Notes under the pieces: model-generated
What the model was told of the DNA's origin: nothing
What the model saw: only the letters and a program-made list of their open reading frames with translations
Database searches by the model: none
Shown: positions 53,731-64,000 of the stretch, one piece after another
How positions within the stretch are numbered: position 1 is the stretch's first letter
Layout: each line of letters starts with the position of its first letter
Position numbers and translations under genes: made by a program
NCBI RefSeq assembly: GCF_006345805.1
Contig: NC_043008.1
Span: 47,492,001 to 47,556,000 of the forward strand
DNA length: 64,000 nt
Origin: Octopus sinensis
Taxonomy: Eukaryota
Direction of reading: 5' to 3'

Positions 53731-56700
53731 CATAACAAGCTTTTAAAACAAGAAGTTGTGACATCAAAGTTTCCGAGGGGCGATTTTGTCCCTGTTAATG
53801 CAAGGGTGTTTTAAATTTGGACATGTTGCATGAGCTGAGAGGGAATGAAAGTAAACATTTTAGTTTCAGCTCTAGTATTTTATTTTGTTCTTCATGGCGG
53901 CATTTGCTAAAGAACCTCATGGTACAACATGTGCTTTGAGAGTGTGGGAAGAAGCTAAGGATGTTCTGTTGCAATGCCAAAGGAAATATTATTGAGTAAG
54001 ATGGAGACTGATTTGAATTTGCAACATTAGGAATTTGATGAGTTTGTTGTTATCAAGGAAGCTATCGAGGCTTTTTGACCGAGCAATAAAATGTGTGTCA
54101 ATTGGGTTTAAATGTTGGTCACCAATAGTTTACGGTTTATGTTTGATAGGATGCGCTTAAAATTTTGAATATTTGGGGATTTTAAAGAAATTTGTATTAG
54201 AATTGCTTGGTGTTTATGAGATGAGAATGCGTTTCCTAATTACATTAAGAGTTTGACAATGGTATTTCCATTTGTAGTATTAGTCGTATGGGGATTCAAA
54301 TCATCGAATAAATACACAAGAAGAGAGCAGTAGCGAGGTATGAATTTGTCAAGTTATATATTACTGATTTGTTCTTAACATTGAATAATATGTAAATATT
54401 CTTTAGAATATTTCCATTAGATTTCCTTTGTAGTTTTCAAAACATAAGGAAAACATGCTTTCTTTATGCAATTTGTTGGGTTTTTTAAAAAATTGTTTTG
54501 TGTTTATTTTAGTCTGTTAAGAAATGACACGTTTTTAAATTGTTTTGTTGCTTTTGTTCACAAGATTTTTGTAGGTTGCTTCATCAGAAACGAAACTCTT
54601 AACAAGAAAGTGCCAAAAGTTCTTGTGCTTACTTCAAAGGAATTTCGTATAAAATAAAATTAAAGCAATAAGATTATATTAAACATTTACATTTTATTAG
54701 AAGAAAGAAAAGTAATGCATATTTCATAGTTATATAGAATTGCCTAAATATATACAAATTATATTGGTACCTATATATACATATATAATCATTCATTTAC
54801 ACGCGCACACACAAACACACAAACACACATGCACATATATGTATATATATATATATATATATAGGGTGTGAGTGTATGTGTGTAGGAATACGTGTATATA
54901 TATATGCATATGTATGTTTGTCTATACATGTGTGTGAGTGTGTGTGTCTGTGTGTGTGTGTTTGTTTGTGTGTGCGATCAAAGTGATATATTGTGCCTCC
55001 GCTAAATTATCGATACTCTCATAGCATAAACAAGGAGCTACGACGCACCGGAAATCAAACATCTCATAATAAACTAGTGTTGCTTTTCATAAACAAAATA
55101 TATTTCGTGAGCTACGTCAATGTTTTCGTTGTTAAATGTTTAAGGTGCTTACATGATGATGATTACTGGTTGTGGTGGTAGTGGTGGTAGTGGTGGTTGT
55201 GGTAGTGGTGGTGAGGAGGAGGAGGAGGCGGAAAAGGATGAGGAGGAGGCGTACAGATATGTTTGTGTACAATTTTGTATATATGTGTCTATTAAACAAT
55301 AAAATATTTATCTATAATATATTATATACATGTATAAATGTATGCGTGTGCATGTGTGTGTGTGTGTATGTGCTTGTGTGCGTGTGCACAAAACAGATTA
55401 TATTTGATAATTAAAGCTTGTCTTATGCAGTTTACATGTAAATGTATATGTGAGTGCGTGTGCGTGTGTCTGTGTGTGTGTGTGTCTGTGTGTGTGTGTG
55501 TGTGTGTGTGTACTAGTGGGTATGTATACAAAGTGTCTATAGTCGCTTCCATTCATTGGTTTGTGGCCATAATTCTAGAATTTATTCACTGCGAAGTACA
55601 CCAACGTGTTGTTGTGGTTGGGCGAGGTGCCGCATCCAGCGGCACACACAGTGGCGAAATTCATGAACGCAAGGCTGAGGCCATGGTTTGTCGGTGATAT
55701 TCAAACTCACGTTGAAATCACGTTAAGTTTGTTTCTTCAATCAAGGTTGGTACTTTAGATTGAGATAAACCAAGACTGTTTAAAAGCATTTATATATATG
55801 TATTAATACTCTTTAGACATTGTAGGGCGATGTTTGCAAATGTTTTGCTATAAAAGATAGAATTAAAAACACTTTTATAATTTTATAAATCTACGGAATG
55901 ACTAACTCTTCATTAAAATGAAATCAAAAAGATTTTTATGGACACAAAATCCATCGTATTTGGTATTTGGAATGGTTTTGTTTAATGTAATGTTGTCTCC
56001 ATATTTATCTTTATTAGCAATTGTCATCTTTGCCGATATACTTATATTTACATAATAATTTATCTTTTCGGATATCTGGATTCACATCGAGCAGACGAAT
56101 AGATTCTATCCCAATAAGCTCACCGAGTTGCCATGTCAGCAGATATTTATCGTCCTAAAGCAGATTGCAGGCCATATTCTCAATTGTCTCCATGACTTGC
56201 AGCGTCTTCTACACCAAATGCAAATGTGGGTGATTAAGTCTACTTACTTCATTTGACACGTAAAGTGTGTATTAGTTATATGTTATATCAATTTAGATTT
56301 CAAGGAATCCAAGCAGGTTTGACAATTATAACGGTAAAGCGTTTTGAACAGCAACAATGGAGGTAGTTGAATAATCGCCCTTTGAATTTAAAATCCAACG
56401 GGGTATCGCTCAATGAGAAGAAATGGTGATTGCAGAGAATGAATAAAGCTAAAATATTTAGATTTTCAAGTGTCTAAATAATTATAGACTTACCCAGTGT
56501 ATAATCTTATGAAAACACTCCATGATAGCAACCCTTTTATAGAAACTCGGGCAAATAGCAATTATTATCGAAAATATGAAATTTAAAATTAAACAACTTA
56601 ATGCAGTGTTTCGGTGAACCATTTGCTACAATAATTTAAGTTCATCTTAGTTTTATCTACGAAATATACAGAGAAATATGAGCGGTTACAAATTATTTAT

Positions 56701-58559
56701 TCTCACGTTTTGCCATAAAACCATTCTTTTCCCATTTCGGGTTTTACTCGATTATTGCAACTGTGACAGTGTTTATGTACATTCTGGAACAGTCGGTTTT
56801 AAAGTGAACATTAAACTGCTTGAAACAGCGTTAAAACTCTCAGAATTTACTCTCTAAAATAGGCAGTAAATAATGTAGATCGATATTATCAAAGGAAAAT
56901 GGGAATACCGTTTTTACACCTGATCAGATCAAACATTTACAAATGTGATAAAAGAAGCAATTGATACTCTCTGATCGTTTATTATTTCTTTTCATACATC
57001 GCACGATAACAGACTTGAAATGAGTTACGTTTATTAGAGATTTTAAATTTTGTTGATAATTCGTCGAACACCACGAACAAGATATACAGACCTCATCATT
57101 CCGAGCTGCCACTATGCATTTCATTATATTATTAATTTGCATGTAATTTACATTAAAGGAGGTTGTCAAAAGCGTTGAGCACTTTATTAAATTCTGTACA
57201 GAATTTATTTTTACATTCGGCTCAGTATTCAAACCTCATATAAATCAATAGAATAATTAGTAAATATATACTAAATATATACTAATAATATCGATTGATT
57301 TCAGCATCCATAACCACTTAGAATGTATCTTGCATCATTCACAAAAGTCCATGAATTTAGTCATTTGTCTCTCTATCCTGTTATGTATTCCTCAAAGTAT
57401 TCCCTACTTGAAATATCTACTTGATAATAATTAAAGGGTATACTGGTTACCATTACGTAAGAATATTAAATATTAATAAAAAAGTTTTTAAATTGCTTCT
57501 CTATTAAATCATTTTGTATCAATATTACGAAAACAGAATTCCAAAAAATAAGTAATAAAAAAAAAATCTGAATCATTTTTAAAGGTAATTTTGAGAATTT
57601 CCATCCAATCAAAAATTGAGAAAGAATTTTAGGGATATTATTCTCTGTTTCACTGTGTCGTTTATTCGGATGTTAATTCATGTGGATTCATGCTACTATG
57701 AAATACGTCAACATATCTTAAGGAAACGTGGCTCTAGGTTGCCGAGTATAAAACCTGTCATGAATAAATGCGAGGAAATATAGAGAATAATCCCTAATTT
57801 TAAACTGATTATATTTTCGTGTCATAATTCAAGGGTTTTGGGACTTTTTCTTGAATAAATGCCATTTTCTTTTTGAAAACCCACTTTCTACAATCATTTT
57901 ATATAGAAAAGATACTACGATCGATAAATTATATCGAGGTTCAAAATGAATTCTCCACAGCGCTTATTAATAATCAGAAATACGGTAAATCTATTTGGGA
58001 TTAGCGTCTGAAGAAGGGAGTCGCTTGTTAAATGCTGTCACGATGTTGCTACTGGCAACGACATATTCTACAAAACCTCCAATTGATTTCATGTATGACA
58101 GTTTACATTGATTCCATCAAGAGATTGGAAATTAATCCCACTATAGAATTGAAAGTGACCCTTTAAACTAATCGCTGGTGAGCATCGTAAGGACACAGTT
58201 ATACAAAGTGAAGAACAGAATTCCTTCGTGGTCAGTATAACTTCTGGAAATAGCGACCAAATATCACTTAAATTGCATTTACAGCCGTAATAGAGACATT
58301 TTTCCTGTGCGTAAAGTCGTGGGTCCACTAAAAATAGAAAGAATGATTGTAGATCAAATGATTTTCATCGTAATACTGTCCGATGAGAGCTGGCCTGGGG
58401 TTAGCCAGCGTTTCTAAACCTAGCTATAAATGAAGCAACAGGACACAGGCTTGCGTTTTGTAATATCGTACAAAGAAGTCTCAGTTGTAGGGGCAGCAGG
58501 AATAAGAAGAACTGAACGGTGATATGATAAATGTTAGTTCAGTTGATTACAATGTAACT

Positions 58560-59620
58560 CAAGTGAGAATTTATTCTGTTATGAATAGAAATTTGGGGAA
58601 ATAGGCGAGTCTGTTGACAGTGTGTATCAGAGTTATCCAAAAATTTAATTCTGTTGGGGTTGTCCTCCGAGTTCGAAACAGAATTAAATTTTTGTCTAGT
58701 AATTCTAAGATTAAGAATTCTATATACCAGTGTAAAATTTCTTCCAGTACCGATGTCTTCTTCTATATAGGTGCGTCCACTTCCCAGTTATCCAAGAGAA
58801 TTTCAAACCATTATTCATCATTTAGGGATAGTAAAAAACGACATAGTACAGGGCTAAGTAAATTAGTTTGGTGTCTTAAAGACAATAATATAGATTTTAA
58901 GTTAGATTGGTTCATACTGTCTGTATCCTTTCCTTTTGATAAGGGCAGGAAATGTTGTAACATATGCAACTCTGAACTCTTCCATATTCTCTTCTCTAAG
59001 ATCCCCTTGTAAACACACTTGTAGAGAAATCGTACAAATGTAAACACCGGCAGAAACATACATTTTACTCATATAAATGATTTCGATATTCATTATAGTT
59101 TGAACAATTAGTTTAACGTGCACTCCACTTCAGTAGAGACATTCTTTCCTAAGCCTTTGAACATTCTTTTAATCAACGTACCCCTCCCTCTCTATTTGTT
59201 CCCTACTTATTATTCATTTAACCCTTCTCTTCCTACTATCTAACTTTGACGTCAATTCTACTAACGGTTTTTTTTAAACACTTATTATCGTTTTGTTTAC
59301 CATGTAGGCAGTCATCGCAATTATTGTTTGTCTTGTTGCCGAGAGAGGCTCCCTTTCTTTCCTAATGAGAAGATTGCATTTTGCACCGTTTATTCCTTTG
59401 AAATAAAACCACGTTGTCTTCGAAACATATGTCGAGAGTAAAGGAATTTTGTTAACATCTTCGTTCAACTCCATTTATTTATTTATTTATATATAACACA
59501 CAAATTTCTGGACATAAACCCGGATTTTCTACCCTTGGACAGGTCGCTTCAACCGTATTTCTAACGTGAATTTGCTACCCTGGTATCGGTTCATCGAATT
59601 TTCCATGTTGCCGGTAAAAA
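58560..59620 (+). mobile_element. Penelope-like element 3' remnant (GIY-YIG domain, 3' region and hammerhead)
   Basis: ORF 58614-59012 reads SIYQC...YIGAST.QLSKRISNHYSSF...STGLSKLVW.LK....W.I....C.IC..E, the PLE GIY-YIG pattern. A hammerhead-like motif follows at 59351-59445 and the element ends at (TA)n. Confidence 0.85.
59351..59445 (+). ncRNA. Type-I hammerhead-like motif with an expanded stem-II loop
   Basis: CTTTC-CTAATGA-GAAGA(about 43 nt)TCTTC-GAAA-CATATGT-C-GAGAG. Stem I CUUUC/GAGAG, palindromic ACAUAUGU, GUC triplet; G5A change in the core. Confidence 0.55.
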
Positions 59621-59645
59621 TTGGATAATTCATTCACCTATCGAA

Positions 59646-59679
<34 letters not shown>

Positions 59680-59775
59680 TATATATATTATATATATATA
59701 TATAATATATATATATATATGCATATGTATATGTGTATGTATATATATATATATATGCATATGTATATGTGTATG

Positions 59776-59811
<36 letters not shown>

Positions 59812-60189
59812 ATATATATATAAACACAGATATATATTAAGAGAGAGAGAGAGACGTATGAATACATATGTATAAGTGTGTGGATGTCTGTATTATGGCA
59901 CGTGGCTTGGCTGTTAAGGTTATTCAGCTCAAGGTTTCATGGCTGAGGTGGAACTCCGGCGGCGCATTGTGTCATTCAGCGAAGCCCTTTATTCCCCCTT
60001 GCTCAAGGTCACCCAACTCCCAAAACTGAGCTGTATCTATATTTGAAGGCCAGCACATTCTGTGTCATGCTGTTACGCGTGTCTGTGGAACATGCAGCCA
60101 CTTGCGCGTAAGCTGCACAAGCAGGCTGTTCTATTCATCGGACAAGCTGGAGCTCTGGTCGTCGTAACCAACGGTACGTCGGTTTACAT

Positions 60190-60370
<181 letters not shown>

Positions 60371-62042
60371 GACAGATGTTCAACAAAGTACTTGCATAAA
60401 GAATTGGTGACTATAAAATAAGCAGCTTAGATATTTATTGACTCTCATAATTCTGCTGTTCTCCTCCAGGCCAACTGTGGAAAAATATTTCTGAATTAAA
60501 TATTTTTATGAACGGCTAATTTTTCCTTTAGCGCTTATCCTTACAAATGCTATTCTAATAACTTAATTGCAGACAACTTATTCGAGATGCTTTTACTATT
60601 CTCGACACAACTTGTTTTATTGAACACTTCAAGCTTGTGCCTTGACATAGTACTTCTGAAGTAGGTATAACTGGCATACTCTCGATCCAAATACGTACGG
60701 TGTTGTAGTTTTAATTGCAGACAAGCTTAATGAATTGATTTCAATACCATTCTCCTTCAAGTTTCGTACAATAATTCCGTTGATTACACAAATGTAGGAA
60801 CATAATTTCCTGTTCAATCAATGAGAAAATATTAACAACTGAATGGAAATCGGTCCACAAAAGCAAGTGCTTCACAATCACACAATATCGTTTCGACTCG
60901 AATACAACAGCCTCCGAAAGCCATTACTGTATCGAGTCAAATTAATATTCGAACGTGGTATCCAGATGATTTATATTGCGCTCGCAGAAGACGCATTTAA
61001 TGGGTGACAGAGGCAATATATCTACTTATTCAGAAAGAAAACAAGAGCTAATTGCAACTAAGAATCCGAATGCGTCTACAGTTTCAAGTAGTTTCAATGG
61101 CAATACATAAATAAACCCGTATAAAAGAAACTCTTCCGAATACAGAAGAGACAGCAAAAGTAATCAAACGATAAATTCGGAAATGCAATATAGCGTGTCT
61201 TCAGCTTCAGACGTCTATACATATATGTATATGTGTACACACGTACACACACATACACACACTCACACCCACACAGATATATAGAGAAATAAAGAGAGGG
61301 CGAAAGGGAAAGAGAAAGAGGGAGAGATGTAGTGCTGGTGGCGATAGTGGATCTTCAGCCTTTCACAAAGGGGATCTGGTTGTTTGATCAACGGAATTAT
61401 CTGCTCGCTAATTATCAATGAAGTAGCTGAGTATTCCACGGAGACCCTTTAAAGCAATTCTAAGATGAAATCAATGTAATTCCCTGTAAGACAGGACAGG
61501 ACTCCACCATTTGTACTATCCACCTGGTAGTCTCCTCTATATTGCCCATTTGCCCAATATCTCTCACAAGGTATGAGTCGATCCAAGGTTCTAGAAATGA
61601 CATTCGGCTAAGATTCTATGAACTGGGATTGAACGCTCGACCTCAAACTTTGAAAACGAAGTCCACAACTATACGGACATATTATGCCTACACATCTATA
61701 CAAATGGAAGCTTTGCCAGTGCGAATAGCTTATTTGATTAATATTCACACAGCAACTACAGTATGAATATATTTTTTTATATTAAATAATTTTTATATGT
61801 ATTTATATTTAAGACACATTTGTATGATTAAAGAAAATGCTTTGTTACGGTGCTTAACTTTGACCTTATAAGCTGGTTTTTGATTGCTGTCGGTCTTTTT
61901 ACCCTCCGTACATAACATACATTATTCAAACTGTCCACATTCTCTACCACAGGTAAGGGACATTTTCATGTATTCATATGTGCGTGTATGCGTGTGCATT
62001 TGTTTGTATGTGTACGCACACACACACACGTACATACATCTA

Positions 62043-62099
<57 letters not shown>

Positions 62100-64000
62100 T
62101 AGAATGTATGTGTATAGTTATAAACGGGTGGCTCAGACTTGTGTGGTTATTTGAAACGCCATTTCACAAATTTAAAATATATTAACTCTTACATGCATTT
62201 CCGGAAACTTATAAATTTCCATTTCCTGAGACCATTTCATCTCCAACTGACCGATATAATACTAATCTCGTGTAAGTAATATTAGAAAGACCCTCTCGCC
62301 ACCACCACCACCGCCACTTTAGTGACACGTCGAAATGACATATCGGTTAACTGGATAGAAACTGATCTCCTACAGAAGAATTTCGTGCTTTCCGGGCAGC
62401 ACATAAGTAATCAATTATTCATAGATTTGTTACACAGTAGATAACAACAACTACAGGATGTATTGATATTGAAGAATTTGCTAGATTACTTTAATCAATC
62501 CATGAAATATTGAATATAAATTACCTTTTATCATATGCAATTGCCAAATCTCATGTATACCGCAGATTTTCATTCGGCTTGCTCTACAATTAGTCTGGCA
62601 GGTTGTAGGAAAGCAATGTCGGGTACAGGATTAAGGCGATATATATATATTATTCTCTGTCAAATATGTTCATAGAATTCTCTTGTTTATTGATCAAAGC
62701 TCGGAGCATAGTACTTCTCTTTCATCTTAAATACAATTCATTAATTATCGATTTCATGATGGTAACACAACCGAATATTCTCTAGTGTCATGCAAATCTG
62801 CAGCCTTCAGCTAATTAGCTTCGACAAAATGTTTTTCAAAATATCCGAAACGGCAACGTTCTACTAAAATTATCAGTTTTAACGTTGCTCTATCTTAATG
62901 CAATATGAACATTTTGTATAAAACCATAAAATTTTAGAACTAAAAATCATACGAGCCAAATACTGACTGCAGTTATACCCTGGCCCCTTATGAATGGAAG
63001 GGCGCGGTTATGGTGCTAGGGCCAAGGGATCTGAGGGAAAACGAGATCCTCGCGGATGAAAGGTATACTCATCACAGGTTGATAACCAAGGCCGAAACAA
63101 TAACAAAAAGAGATAGGCCCCCTCCCCGGGGTCAAATGGGAATAACTTTCTAATTTGAGTCAATAAAACAGAAAAACAAAGGGATATTTCTGTTAATAGA
63201 CATTTATCAGTAGCGTTTACTGAATACATCACAAACTAAATTTTCTCTAAAGTGTTTTTCTACATTTTACGAAAGTGTCTCCAATGGGAGTTTGAAAAAA
63301 TAAATAGGATTGGTTTCCCATAAAAGGTTTTCCTGAGATAATATAACAGAGTTTCAATTTACGTTTACGATCTCTAAGCAATTTTGCAGAAGAAAAATAA
63401 AAGCTGCAATAACAGTTTATCTAAAATAGGTTTCGAATGAAACTTCAGCTGAAAACTGCAAAGCATGTCATATTTCCTATGAGTCACAAGGAAACAATAT
63501 CACGGTTTGGTAATGCAAGTGATGTGAATTCTAAACGGCGTCCTCATTGACGTTTTGACCAAGGTAGCCTTTTGAATTGAATTAGGAAATATAATTAAGT
63601 CACGCAGTTCCTGTTGGTCTTGTGATTCGTAGATTACAACACATAAATATGTGCAATTTTGCTACAAATAAGTAGGTTCTCAATCAGTTTCAAATTCACA
63701 TTGAATGTTGTGGAAGTTTCTAGATTTCAGAATGAAATCATTTCCATTATCCAATAAAATTGTTTCATCTGTATTAATTTTAGTTACAAGTATTAATTAT
63801 ACGAATTAAGACTGATATTCGTAATAATTTAATGCATCTCTTTGTCGAAATACGAACAAGTTAAAGAGGTTTATAGCTATCAGGGTAGGTTACGAGTACT
63901 GAACGTCCGTTTAAGATGAAAATTGTTAGAGAAACATGCAGACTATTCTCTTGCTACATTGGTTAACTCATTACAATCTGAAGTTTTTAAAAATTATTTT

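Noticed and set aside
58089-58330. Strong minus-strand acceptor followed by DPRL..., and a possible Cys-loop receptor reading of 55579-55745
   Set aside because: No other ligand-gated channel motifs, the two segments are on opposite strands, and there is no convincing donor.

Overview
AT-rich, microsatellite-saturated eukaryotic DNA, most likely an octopus (coleoid cephalopod). That assignment is inferred from recognised SINE and repeat families, not from a search. The window is almost entirely intronic. I could reconstruct three consecutive minus-strand exons of an M13-family zinc metallopeptidase (neprilysin/ECE-like) at 32749-32847, 23519-23596 and 4777-4880. They have canonical GT-AG sites and matching phases. 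Introns are about 9.2 kb and 18.6 kb; I found no further exon in the flanking 4.8 kb or 31 kb. The introns hold a near-intact Penelope-like element (RT plus GIY-YIG, about 600 open codons), two further Penelope-like remnants, and Tx1, CR1 and R4/Dong-like LINE fragments. They also hold two mariner-type transposase remnants, Helitron-like elements, MITEs and several tRNA-SINEs. Most ORFs in the supplied track are microsatellite artefacts. The most unusual signals are RNA-structural: about nine hammerhead-ribozyme-like motifs (six from one short repeat family, including two inverted pairs), a 2.2 kb nested inverted-repeat complex, and a 190-bp hairpin just downstream of an exon. All alignments and counts were done by eye.
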